Below are positions 7,827 to 16,475 of a stretch of 38,016 nt of DNA, piece after piece (the stretch's first letter is position 1; each line of letters opens with the position of its first letter). A model generated the notes under the pieces. It worked only from the letters and a program-made list of their open reading frames with translations. It was not told the origin of the DNA and did not search any database. Source of the stretch: a virus. Its lineage: Duplodnaviria > Caudoviricetes. The position numbers were made by a program, and so were the translations under genes. The stretch covers positions 1 through 38,016 of the IMG/VR virus record IMGVR_UViG_3300043432_000200; one strand, given 5' to 3'.

Positions 7827-8479
7827 AGAGAGGGGGACCGCCGAAGCGCCGCAAGCCGCTCGCCCGTGGCGATTCGGAGCTGAAGCGGTCCCCCCTCGCT
7901 CGGGGCTCCTCAGAGCTGAAGCGCACGGAGCTGGCGCGCGACCCCGGCTATCGCATCCCGCAACGCTCGAAGAAGCGCGAGGGCGAGGTCGAGCGCCGGC
8001 GCGAGGTGGTGGCCGAGGTGATCCGCCTGGCCAACTACCGCTGCCAGTACCGGGCGGTCATCTGGGAGATCCCATGCGGCTACTTCCCCGACCGGCGGGC
8101 CCTGGAGGTGGACGAGCTGCGCGGGGGCTCGTGGCGCTCGACGGAGTACCTGGACCCCAAGCGGTGCCGCGCTACATGCCCCGCTCACCACGATTGGAAG
8201 ACGGACCACAAGCTCCTGGTGCTCGACCGCCTGGAGCGACTCGAAGGGAGTACCCCATGTCCAGGACCGGCGCCAAGCCCAAGCAGCGCCACGACGTCGA
8301 GCGGCTCGCGGCCACCTTCGGCTACGACGTCTCGACCACGAGCGGCGGGCACCTCCGGCTCCGCAAGCCGGGACGGCCAACCGTCCATCACAGCTCGACC
8401 GCGAGCGACCGCCGGGCCCTCCTCAACCTCAGGGCCCAGCTCCGCCGAGCCGACCAACAACGAACAAGGAGGTAGCTGA
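7823..8479 (+). CDS. HNH-like endonuclease with a long C-terminal extension overlapping the next gene
   Basis: Basic repeat N-terminus (LKRSPLAR), RCQ...C...EVDE...CPAHHDW; no in-frame stop until 8479. Confidence 0.65.
   Translation: MKRGGPPKRRKPLARGDSELKRSPLARGSSELKRTELARDPGYRIPQRSKKREGEVERRREVVAEVIRLANYRCQYRAVIWEIPCGYFPDRRALEVDELRGGSWRSTEYLDPKRCRATCPAHHDWKTDHKLLVLDRLERLEGSTPCPGPAPSPSSATTSSGSRPPSATTSRPRAAGTSGSASRDGQPSITARPRATAGPSSTSGPSSAEPTNNEQGGS
8257..8475 (+). CDS. HicA-like (dsRBD-fold) protein
   Basis: GYDVSTTSGGHLRLRKPG...SSTASDRRALLNLRAQLRR; GAAGGGAG RBS. Confidence 0.75.
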   Translation: MSRTGAKPKQRHDVERLAATFGYDVSTTSGGHLRLRKPGRPTVHHSSTASDRRALLNLRAQLRRADQQRTRR

Positions 8480-8480
8480 T

Positions 8481-8723
8481 ATGGAAACCGCCATCGGCCT
8501 GACGGTCGCCGGCGCCTACGTGGTGGGCGTCATCGCGACCATGACCACGGCCGTGCTCTGGGTGCTCGACCACCCGGAGGACCCCATCGCTGAAGCCGAC
8601 GACGGGCTCCTCATGGTCATCATCCTGATGGCCATCTTCTGGCCCGCCCTCCTCGTGGTGCTGGCCACCAGGTGGACGTACTACCGGTGCACGCGCCGGC
8701 CCGAGGTGGTGCGCCATGGGTGA
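8481..8723 (+). CDS. membrane protein (80 aa)
   Basis: AAGGAGG RBS; two TM segments, FWP motif. Confidence 0.7.
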   Translation: METAIGLTVAGAYVVGVIATMTTAVLWVLDHPEDPIAEADDGLLMVIILMAIFWPALLVVLATRWTYYRCTRRPEVVRHG

Positions 8724-8868
8724 GGTGTTCGAGTGGCCCGAGCCCGAGCCGTGGCCCGAGCCCGAGGCCGTCGACTGGGACCTGCTCCGCAAGATGGCCA
8801 TCGGCCTGACCGTCGCCATCCTCGGGGGCATGGCCTACGGCCAGCTCATCCTGGAGGCCACCACGTGA
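8716..8868 (+). CDS. small single-TM protein (50 aa; below the ORF track cutoff)
   Basis: MGEVFEWPEPEPWPEPEAVDWDLLRKMAIGLTVAILGGMAYGQLILEATT; fills the gap and its TGA overlaps the GTG of aroK. Confidence 0.6.
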   Translation: MGEVFEWPEPEPWPEPEAVDWDLLRKMAIGLTVAILGGMAYGQLILEATT

Positions 8869-9446
8869 GCCGACCCATCGCCCTCGTGGGCCTCCCCGGC
8901 TCAGGCAAGAGCACCGTCGCCCCGCTCCTCGCGGACCTGCTCGGCGTGCGCTCCTTCGACACGGACGCCCTGACCGTCGAGGCCATGGGTTGCTCGATCG
9001 ACGAGGCGTTCGACCTCAAAGGGGAGGCCTGGTTCCGATCGCACGAGCACGAGGTCGTTACGTCGCTCATCCTGCGCGAACGCTCGGGCGTGATCGCGGT
9101 CGCTGGCGGCGCCGTCGGGAACGAGTCGACGCGCACGGCCCTGGCCGCCTATTGCGACACGGTCTGGCTCCTCACCCCCGTGGCCGTGCTGGCCGCCCGG
9201 CTCGCCGGTACCACCGAGGTCCGCCCACTCCTGCGCAACGACACACGAGCCACCCTGGAGCGGCTCCAGGCCCAGCGCGGGGCCTGGTACGACCAGGTCA
9301 GCCACCACCACGTCTGGGCCGACGACGAGCCCGAGGGCGTCGCCCTCACGATCGGCGAGGCCATCGCCCTCGGGGGCCCCTCGTGCTGCGGCTCGACCGG
9401 CGAACGGTGGCACCCCTGTTCCATCACCCGGAGGCCCTACCGATGA
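8865..9446 (+). CDS. aroK: shikimate kinase
   Basis: Walker A GLPGSGKS, DTD, GCSI...F...GEAWFR..E, VIAVAGGAV, VWL, RPLL lid, R...Y. Confidence 0.85.
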   Translation: MSRPIALVGLPGSGKSTVAPLLADLLGVRSFDTDALTVEAMGCSIDEAFDLKGEAWFRSHEHEVVTSLILRERSGVIAVAGGAVGNESTRTALAAYCDTVWLLTPVAVLAARLAGTTEVRPLLRNDTRATLERLQAQRGAWYDQVSHHHVWADDEPEGVALTIGEAIALGGPSCCGSTGERWHPCSITRRPYR

Positions 9447-9805
9447 ACCCCACCGAGGACTGGGAGGCCCGCAAGGAGGCCGCCCTGCGAGCGTTCGACG
9501 AGGCGCTCGACTGGCACGAGCAGTGCATGAGGGCCGAGGGCGCCGCCCTGAAGGCGTACCGCTACGCGCTGGCGCGGGGCTGGCCGGTCGCGGTCGGGCG
9601 CACCGAGGCCGCCCGCAAGGACTGGGTGGAGGCTGAGGCCGCCGACGAAGAGGAGACGCTGAAGATCGCGGAGGGCGCCACCCGCGCCGCCATGGAGCTG
9701 GTCCGCCTGCGCCGCGACGAGTACGGCATGGTGCGCACCGAGATGGCGAACCAGCGCGAGGAGAAGGGGATCACGATGCGAGACGGAGGGTACCGAGGTG
9801 CGTGA
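9443..9805 (+). CDS. alpha-helical hypothetical protein (120 aa)
   Basis: ATGA-coupled, GGAGG upstream, GC3-rich. Confidence 0.7.
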   Translation: MNPTEDWEARKEAALRAFDEALDWHEQCMRAEGAALKAYRYALARGWPVAVGRTEAARKDWVEAEAADEEETLKIAEGATRAAMELVRLRRDEYGMVRTEMANQREEKGITMRDGGYRGA

Positions 9806-10598
9806 TTCAGTCCCGATGGCGGCCGATGGCGGGCAGGGCGATGACCGGGCCGAGGGCCAGGTGCAGGGCCACGAAGAGCCAGCCCAGGACCACGAGATCG
9901 ACGGAGCCCAGGGAGAGCTTCAGGAGAGCCCCCAGGAAGCAGAGGGCGGCGATGATGGCGAACATGCTGGGACCCTACCCGTGCGCCCCCCGTCACTGAC
10001 CGATCTGGGCGAGGCGTTCGAGGAGCTGGCCGAATGGATGGTCGGCCAGCTCGATGCCGACGACGAGCCCAGCGAAGGCCTGGTGGACCAGACGGTGGCC
10101 AATGCCATCCTCCGCCGCGTGGGGATGCTGGAGCGCCGCCTGGAGCTGCGCGAGGAGGTCTACGAGGCCGAGCGCCAGCGCCTGGAGCAGTACATCGAGC
10201 ACCAGCGCGCCACGCTCGGCGAGGCCATCGAGCGTGACCGCCACTGGCTGGCCGGGTGGCACAACGCGCAGCTGGGCCCGCACGGCCGCGGCCCCAAGAC
10301 CATCGAGCTACCGGCCGGGCGCCTGAAGGCCGCCAACCAGCAACCCGAGTACGTGATCGAGGACGTGGGCGCCTTCCTGGCCTGGGCCGAGGAGCACGCC
10401 CCCGAACTGGTGCGCCGGCCCGAGCCGAAGTTCCCCCCGCCGGCGCCGGACAAGGTGGCCATCAAGAAGCGGGTGGCCCCGGCGCTGAAGGAGCGCAAGG
10501 ACTGGCGCCCGGGGGACGTGGTGCGGTTCGAGGACGTGCCGGGGGTGGCGGTCACGATGCGCGGGCCGAAGTTCGAGGCCACGCCCGATAGGGACTAA
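9798..10598 (+). CDS. Mu Gam-like host-nuclease inhibitor (DNA-end binding); start uncertain
   Basis: Coiled coil followed by KTIELPAGRL...FLAWA...ELVR...PDKVAIKK...VPGV. Confidence 0.7.
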   Translation: MRDSVPMAADGGQGDDRAEGQVQGHEEPAQDHEIDGAQGELQESPQEAEGGDDGEHAGTLPVRPPSLTDLGEAFEELAEWMVGQLDADDEPSEGLVDQTVANAILRRVGMLERRLELREEVYEAERQRLEQYIEHQRATLGEAIERDRHWLAGWHNAQLGPHGRGPKTIELPAGRLKAANQQPEYVIEDVGAFLAWAEEHAPELVRRPEPKFPPPAPDKVAIKKRVAPALKERKDWRPGDVVRFEDVPGVAVTMRGPKFEATPDRD

Positions 10599-10602
10599 GG
10601 GG

Positions 10603-10631
10603 TTGCAATTTCGCACGGTCTATGTGATACT
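10603..10631 (+). promoter_or_regulatory. promoter TTGCAA-N17-GATACT (extended TG), leaderless
   Basis: ATG 6 nt after the -10; TTGC-N6-GCA at the -35. Confidence 0.65.
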
Positions 10632-10637
10632 TAGGAC

Positions 10638-10817
10638 ATGACGAAGAGCACCCCCGCCCCCCACCGCAACGGCCTCCGCCGGCTCCTCCAGGACCGCCGC
10701 ACGGTCGTCACCATCACGGCCGAGCACGACGGTCAGGTCGGCTGGCTGGCCGAGGACGGCACCACGGGCTCGACGCCCGCCTGCATCTTCTTCAAGGTCA
10801 CCACTCGGGCGGCCTGA
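10638..10817 (+). CDS. small hypothetical protein (59 aa; below the ORF track cutoff)
   Basis: MTKSTPAPHRNGLRRLLQDRRTVVTITAEHDGQVGWLAEDGTTGSTPACIFFKVTTRAA; GC3-rich; fills the gap behind the promoter. Confidence 0.65.
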   Translation: MTKSTPAPHRNGLRRLLQDRRTVVTITAEHDGQVGWLAEDGTTGSTPACIFFKVTTRAA

Positions 10818-10820
10818 CCG

Positions 10821-10858
10821 ACACGGGGGTTGCCTCAGTGCAACCCCCGTGTTAGACT
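10821..10858 (+). promoter_or_regulatory. promoter TTGCCT-N17-TAGACT inside a perfect 13-bp inverted repeat
   Basis: ACACGGGGGTTGC-CTCAGT-GCAACCCCCGTGT, then the -10 at 10853-10858. Confidence 0.75.
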
Positions 10859-10893
10859 GCCCACCAGAAGCCCCCACCACCGAAAGGACCGCC

Positions 10894-11127
10894 ATGGAGC
10901 ACTCCGCCGAAGAGATGGAAGCGGCGCTGGCCGAGATCATCGAGACCAGCGTCCTGGCCGAGGAGCCCGAGGGCGAGAACCTGTTCAAGGTCTCGACCTT
11001 CGAGGCCGAGGGCTACCTCACCACGGACCGAGGCCTGCGCGTCGTCTTCGAGAACGGCGCCGTCTACGAGCTGACCATCGTCCAGCGGGCGGCGCCCGAC
11101 CGCCGCTTCCCCCAGCTGGCCCTCTGA
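10894..11127 (+). CDS. acidic phage hypothetical protein (77 aa)
   Basis: GAAAGGA RBS; TFEAEGYLTTDRGL...NGAVYELTIVQ. Confidence 0.75.
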   Translation: MEHSAEEMEAALAEIIETSVLAEEPEGENLFKVSTFEAEGYLTTDRGLRVVFENGAVYELTIVQRAAPDRRFPQLAL

Positions 11128-11134
11128 CCACCTC

Positions 11135-11156
11135 GCCCCCGGCTCCGGCCGGGGGC
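11135..11156 (+). terminator. GC hairpin (terminator or attenuator)
   Basis: GCCCCCGGC-TCCG-GCCGGGGGC. Confidence 0.5.
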
Positions 11157-11180
11157 TCTACGCGTACCCCAAGGAGCACC

Positions 11181-12728
11181 ATGCCAGAGCCTTCACCCAC
11201 CCCTTACTCGTCCTTTACCGAGCCGCGCTATGACCCCGAGGAGGTGCGCGCCTGGTTCAAGGACACGGCCGAGCCCTGCCCCGAGATCCTCGCCCCCCTC
11301 CACCTGCTCCTGCCGATCCTGAAGCGCCGCATCGGGCCCGTGGGCAAGTCGGGCCAGATGAAGGCCCAGACGGACAAGCAGACGGGGGAGAAGAAGGGCC
11401 CCGAGTACCCCTTCCGCAAGATCGAGGACATCCTGAACGAGGGCCACGGGCCCCTCTGCGATCTGGGCGTCTCCTGGCGCAAGGTGGCGATCCTCCGCCA
11501 CGAGCTGAAGGCCAACGGCAAGGCCGAGACCTGCGTCATGGACGTGGAGTACGAGCTGGTCGGCCCGCTCGGTGACACGGTGCGCACGGTCGCCACCGGC
11601 GAGGCCACCGACTTCGGCTCGGACAAGGCCACGAACAAGGCCGACACGTGCGCCCGGAAGAACATGCTCGTGGACCTGCTCCAGCTGGCCACCGAGGACC
11701 CCGACTCGGAGCGGCCCGACCGCGTGGACGAGTCGCCCCACGTCCAGCGCGTCAGCGGCTCCCAGTGGGCGGAGGTCCAGGCCGCCATCAAGGCGCTGCC
11801 CGAGGAGACCCGCGCCGAGGTGAAGGAGTGGGCCGACGACAAGGGCATGACCGTGACCGGGGCGGGCCTCACGGTGGGCGACTACCGGAAGCTGAAGCCC
11901 TATCTGGCGGCCGTCAAGCGGCGCCTGGAGCAGGGCGGGCCGGACACGGTGAAGGCCGCCATGGAGAAGCTGGAGGAGTCGGTGGCCGCGGCGAAGGACG
12001 CCCGCAGTCGCCATCCGCAGCCGGCCGCCGGTGCGCCGGCCGCTCCCCGAGGCGAGGCCGCGGCCGATACCGCCGGCGACATCGACAAGCCGCCCGTCGA
12101 GCTGGTGACCGCCGAGCACGTCGCCACCCTGAAGACGGAGACGGCCAAGCTGAACAACGACCAGCGCGCCGGGCTCCTCTCGTGGGCCGAGGCCCAGGGC
12201 ATCAACGTGGAGGTGGCCGCCCTCCCTGAGTTGACGGTCGACCAGTTCACGGCCCTGATGCGAGCCATCCGCAACACGCTCCGTTCGGGCGAGATGGGCA
12301 CCGCCAAGAAGGCGGCCAGCCGGCCCGCCAAGAAGGCCGCCGGCCGGGCAACGGGCTCGACGAGCAAGAGCGCGAGCAGGCGGCCCCGCTCGACTCCCGA
12401 GCCGGACCCTGCGCCGGCGCCGCCGGCCGAGGACGAAGCGGCCGCGGCCGAGCGCAACCGCCTCCGGGCGGAGCTGATCGGCCGGGCGGAGCTGCTTCCG
12501 CCGGCGATCCAGGCGCAGTTCCTGACAGACCTGGCCGCGGCGAAGGGGCCCTCGGGCGTCCCCCTGGCCGATGCCATCGAGGCCTGCCCCCCGCCGTGGG
12601 ACCGCTGGCTGTCCACCGTCATCGAGCGCCTGGAGGCCATCGTGGAGGAGGCCGAGCGGGCCGAGGTCGAGGCCCTGGCCGATGAGGCCGACGCGGCGGA
12701 AGAGGCCGAGCAGGCGGCCACCACGTAG
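11181..12728 (+). CDS. ERF-family ssDNA-annealing recombinase with a long C-terminal extension
   Basis: IGPVGK...YPFRKIEDI...GEATDFGSDKATNKADTCARK..L..LLQLATED; AAGGAG RBS. Confidence 0.8.
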   Translation: MPEPSPTPYSSFTEPRYDPEEVRAWFKDTAEPCPEILAPLHLLLPILKRRIGPVGKSGQMKAQTDKQTGEKKGPEYPFRKIEDILNEGHGPLCDLGVSWRKVAILRHELKANGKAETCVMDVEYELVGPLGDTVRTVATGEATDFGSDKATNKADTCARKNMLVDLLQLATEDPDSERPDRVDESPHVQRVSGSQWAEVQAAIKALPEETRAEVKEWADDKGMTVTGAGLTVGDYRKLKPYLAAVKRRLEQGGPDTVKAAMEKLEESVAAAKDARSRHPQPAAGAPAAPRGEAAADTAGDIDKPPVELVTAEHVATLKTETAKLNNDQRAGLLSWAEAQGINVEVAALPELTVDQFTALMRAIRNTLRSGEMGTAKKAASRPAKKAAGRATGSTSKSASRRPRSTPEPDPAPAPPAEDEAAAAERNRLRAELIGRAELLPPAIQAQFLTDLAAAKGPSGVPLADAIEACPPPWDRWLSTVIERLEAIVEEAERAEVEALADEADAAEEAEQAATT

Positions 12729-12740
12729 ACGCTGGCGGAG

Positions 12741-12889
12741 CTAAGCGGGGCGCCGGGGGTAGTTCTTTCCCCTCGGCGTCGCGTTAGGGGCCCACCTGCG
12801 CACCGGCGGTCAGACGGCGCCGCGGTGTGTCAACGGGGGTGACCTCCCCCTCGAAGGGGGCCCGCTCCGTCAACCAGTCAGGCCGGTGC
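12741..12889 (+). ncRNA. candidate structured RNA in the convergence gap
   Basis: Several nested stems whose G-U wobbles favour the + strand; no credible ORF. Confidence 0.35.
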
Positions 12890-12914
12890 AACCGGCGGCC
12901 ACGGCAAGGGCCGC

Positions 12915-12943
12915 GCCGGCGGGGGACCGCAACCCCCGCCGGC
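12915..12943. terminator. hairpin between convergent operons
   Basis: GCCGGCGGGGG-ACCGCAA-CCCCCGCCGGC, perfect 11-bp stem 8 nt past the holin stop. Confidence 0.65.
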
Positions 12944-12951
12944 CCTGGCGC

Positions 12952-13200
12952 TCAGCTGGCTTTGGCCAGGCTCGCCGGCGAGATGGTGCCGTCGATGGCC
13001 TTGGCGATCCACGCCTTCAGGGCGGCGAGGCCCGCGACGTAGGCGGCCATGATGGCGCCGGTGACGGTATCCAGCGTGACCGTCTCGGCGCCGGTGATCT
13101 CCTTCGTGAAGGCGGCCAGGGCGGCAGCGATCACGAGCTGGACCACGGTGGAGACGATGCGCTCGATGGCGTCACGTGCCCACGATCCTGCGTTATCCAT
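12952..13200 (-). CDS. holin (r1t-like)
   Basis: W..DAIERIVST..Q, two TM helices, SPASL C-terminus; AAGGAG RBS. Confidence 0.7.
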   Translation of the reverse strand: MDNAGSWARDAIERIVSTVVQLVIAAALAAFTKEITGAETVTLDTVTGAIMAAYVAGLAALKAWIAKAIDGTISPASLAKAS

Positions 13201-13217
13201 GTTGATGATTCTCCTTG

Positions 13218-16200
13218 TTAGGCGGGGGACAGCTCATACGTCACCTTCCACAGTCTGGTGCCGTGGGACCACTCGTGGTGAATGGCCTCGATGAAGAAGT
13301 CCCCCGAGATCCCCAGGCCGGCGTTGCCCGAGGCCGTGACCGTGATCTTGTCCGACAGCCGGAGCGTGCGCGCCAACGTGCGCAGGGCGGTCGACTTCGA
13401 GGCGAAGTAACTCAGGGAGATGATCGGCCGGTCGTCGGAGAACTCCGTGAGCAGGTCCGCGCACCAGTCGGCCGCGTCCGCCTTGCGGTACAGGAGAGAG
13501 GGGATCGGGTCGTTGGTCCTGATGAAGTTGTGGTCGTCCTGGCTCGTCAGGTCCTCGTCGAACACGAAGAGGCCCTCGCCCCCCGAGGCCTTCGGCTCGT
13601 CGATCGTGGCCTTCTTCAGCGGCCCGTTGTAGCCCCGCACCGCCACGACCATCGTCTCGATGATCAGGTAGTCCGTGAAGACGTTCTCCCAGGCTCGGGG
13701 GTCCTCGGTGTCGGTGACGTCCTTCTTGTAGACGGATTCCACCCCGACCTCGTACGCGGGCGTGCCCACGACGGTGAGGCCCTCCAGGGCGTCGTAGTTG
13801 TAGCCGACCGGTGGGGGCGTGGTGAGGGGCCCCCACGTGAGGCCCGAGGAGGAGCCGATCATCCCCTGGAAGACGATGAAGAGCGCCGGGGCACGGTTCC
13901 ACCCGGGGGTGATCGGGTAGGCGTTGGTGCCCTGGCTGATGCGGCCCAGCTTGATGCCGTCGTTCGTGCCGTACCAGTCACGTATCTGGTAGATGTGGCA
14001 GATGGAATTACCCTGAGAAGTACCCTTGTAGAAGGTGACGGTAGAGCCGCTCTCGGTGCCGTCGCAGATCAGGGAGAAGACGCGGACCCCGTTGCCCTCG
14101 CGCTGCGCCAGCCGCCGGTGCATCTCCCACGGCGGAGGGGCGCCCCACTCCACGTCGGTGGCGTCCGCCGAGCCCACCGCGAACACGAGCAGGAGATCGC
14201 CAGGGAGCACCGTGGGGATGGTGATGTTGACCGTCAGGGCCGCGCCGCTGGAGTCGCTCTGGTTGTCGACGTCGACCACCGTGGGGGCCGTGGCCGCCAC
14301 CTGAGCGATGGCCCGGTTGACGATCTGGGCCTGCTGGTTCAGGGGCTCGATCTCCGAGTAGCCGTACTGGCCCGTGCCCACCGTGTCGGTGAACCAGGCC
14401 GAGGAGCTGACCGCGTCACGGAAGTGCCGATCCTCGAAGGTGACCGCGCCCTCCTGGGTCTCCTTGATGAAGCCCCGCTCGGACTCCTCCACGCGCCGGG
14501 CCATGTCCAGGGCCTTGCCATCGGGCACCGCGTGCGGGCCCAGGTTCGACAGGGAGGTGGTCGGGAGCGGATGCGGCGGATGGAGCTGGCCGGCGCGGGC
14601 GAAGATGTCGCCAACGATGCACCCGGCCGGTACGGAGTGGTTCGTGGTGTTGTCCGTCTCGCCCACGCTGCGCGTGATCCGCGGGGCCGCCACTTCGGCG
14701 AGGGCCGTGGCCGCGAGCGAGCCCTCGGCCTCCACCTCCACGACCTTCAGGTCGCCCGCCTTCACCGAGGTGCGCACGCTCTTGACGGTGCCCGTCCAGA
14801 TCACCCCGTCGATGTCCTGGGCCATGCGGTCCCAGACGTGGAAGTCGTCGAGCGACGGCGCGACGTCGCTGTGGGTCTGCCACTTCGCATAGAGCCCCGC
14901 CGAGGTGCCCGTCACGGCCCTGGTGAGGTGGCGCTCGGTGGTGTACTCCAGGGGCTGGCCGCCGACGTAGGCGGTCACCACGTTGCCGACTACCTGGAGC
15001 CCCAGGGTCATGTCGTCCCAGGGCTCGATGTTGAAGATGCCGAGCGAGGTGGCGACGCCCGCCTTCACCTCCTCGATGCGCACGCCCCGCGAGGCCGCCA
15101 CGTAGTACGCCCGCACGTAGTTCGAGGAGTCGAGGTAACGGGCCACGAGGCCCACGCTCCCGTCCTGGACCAGCATGGGGATGGACGCCTGGACGTAGTG
15201 GTCGGTCGTCCCGACGTCGACCACCTCCACGATGTCGGCGTTGTAGTAGGTGGTCTCCCGACCGCTCAGGACCTCGGCCGTTCCCGCCGGCGAGATGCCG
15301 AACCCCCCGTTGGCTCCCACCGTCCAGGTGTTGCTCAGGTCGTCGACCCCCAGGGAGGAGCTGACCGACCGGTTGAACCGATCGGAGGCCAGCTCGATGG
15401 GGTCGCTCACGTCGACCGCTGGCTTCAGCATCAGGATGAGGGCGCGGGAGATCTGGGAGGTACCGCCCGTGACCACCATGGACGTGGTGCTGAAGGTCTT
15501 GGCGTTGACGAAGCCGCCCTCGCGGTACTGGATGTCATGACTGGCGTCGCTGCCCGTCGTGATCGACGTGTCCGAGATCTCGGTGAAGAACTGGCCCGAG
15601 AGGGTCGCCACGCTCGTCCAGGCGTCCTGCTTCCAGCCCCAGAGCACGGTCGCCACGTTGTCCGTCGAGCCCACGAGCCCCGGGAAGGCGACGTTCTGGG
15701 CCGAGCCGTTCAGCTGCGCCGTGCTGTTGTCCAGCACCGCGCCCAGCTCCTTGTGCGTGCCCCGGAACGCGGCGATCTGGGCGATTGTGGTCGCGCCGGC
15801 GGCGCCGCCCGTGAAGGTCACGGTGGGGGCGCTGACGGCCTCGTGGACCACCCCGTTGTACGTGTACGTGCCGTCCGAGTAGTACCGGCCGAGCACGGTG
15901 CAGTTGCCCGAGGTGAGCAACGGCGCCCAGCCGCTCGGCGTGTCGACCGTGCCCGTGCCGGAGTTGCGGATCGAGGCGAAGCAGAGGAGCAGATCCCCAT
16001 TGGCCAGGCCCGTGGGGAGCGCCGGCGTCAGGCTGGCGTTGTCGGCCGAGGAGGCCGCCCCGATGCCCACGTACGTGGCGTAGCCGCCCGAGGGGGCGCC
16101 GAGGCTCTGCGTCGAGTCGCGGATGCGGAGCCGGCGGCCGTTCTTCAGACTGAAGGGCGAGGTGTTGAGGGCACTACTCGTGTTGAAGTAGCTAAACCGA

Positions 16201-16475
16201 TTGTCGTTGTTGTTCAGGGTGAGCCGGACCTTGGCGGGCCCGCTCTTGCCCGTGAGCGATGACGGGAAGTCGCGGCCGATCGAGGAGACCGCGCTCAGGA
16301 CGTAGCTGGTGATGTCCTCCACCGACTCGGACCAGTCGCCATCGTTGTCGAAGTCCCACTCGACCACGATGTCGCTGGCCACCGAGGCGCCGGCGCTCCC
16401 CGCCGTGTAGCTCACGGTGGCGGCGCCGCCCATGTCGATGCAGCCCTTGGGTGAGACCTCCGAGGTGGTCGCCAT
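13218..16475 (-). CDS. minor tail / tail-tip protein with inserted carbohydrate-binding-like domains (1085 aa)
   Basis: VEWDFDNDG...EDITSYV...IGRD...LTLNNNDNRFS N-terminus; C-terminal FFIEAIHHEW...YELSPA; GDLLL beta-domains; TGATG-coupled start. Confidence 0.8.
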   Translation of the reverse strand: MATTSEVSPKGCIDMGGAATVSYTAGSAGASVASDIVVEWDFDNDGDWSESVEDITSYVLSAVSSIGRDFPSSLTGKSGPAKVRLTLNNNDNRFSYFNTSSALNTSPFSLKNGRRLRIRDSTQSLGAPSGGYATYVGIGAASSADNASLTPALPTGLANGDLLLCFASIRNSGTGTVDTPSGWAPLLTSGNCTVLGRYYSDGTYTYNGVVHEAVSAPTVTFTGGAAGATTIAQIAAFRGTHKELGAVLDNSTAQLNGSAQNVAFPGLVGSTDNVATVLWGWKQDAWTSVATLSGQFFTEISDTSITTGSDASHDIQYREGGFVNAKTFSTTSMVVTGGTSQISRALILMLKPAVDVSDPIELASDRFNRSVSSSLGVDDLSNTWTVGANGGFGISPAGTAEVLSGRETTYYNADIVEVVDVGTTDHYVQASIPMLVQDGSVGLVARYLDSSNYVRAYYVAASRGVRIEEVKAGVATSLGIFNIEPWDDMTLGLQVVGNVVTAYVGGQPLEYTTERHLTRAVTGTSAGLYAKWQTHSDVAPSLDDFHVWDRMAQDIDGVIWTGTVKSVRTSVKAGDLKVVEVEAEGSLAATALAEVAAPRITRSVGETDNTTNHSVPAGCIVGDIFARAGQLHPPHPLPTTSLSNLGPHAVPDGKALDMARRVEESERGFIKETQEGAVTFEDRHFRDAVSSSAWFTDTVGTGQYGYSEIEPLNQQAQIVNRAIAQVAATAPTVVDVDNQSDSSGAALTVNITIPTVLPGDLLLVFAVGSADATDVEWGAPPPWEMHRRLAQREGNGVRVFSLICDGTESGSTVTFYKGTSQGNSICHIYQIRDWYGTNDGIKLGRISQGTNAYPITPGWNRAPALFIVFQGMIGSSSGLTWGPLTTPPPVGYNYDALEGLTVVGTPAYEVGVESVYKKDVTDTEDPRAWENVFTDYLIIETMVVAVRGYNGPLKKATIDEPKASGGEGLFVFDEDLTSQDDHNFIRTNDPIPSLLYRKADAADWCADLLTEFSDDRPIISLSYFASKSTALRTLARTLRLSDKITVTASGNAGLGISGDFFIEAIHHEWSHGTRLWKVTYELSPA

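Noticed and set aside
13215-16262. Very long + strand ORFs opposite virion genes (also 23319-25523, 30361-31734, 31319-33844, 1242-2900)
   Set aside because: Antisense shadow frames expected in high-GC3 DNA; Arg/Gly/Pro-rich with no motifs, while the opposite strand encodes recognisable proteins
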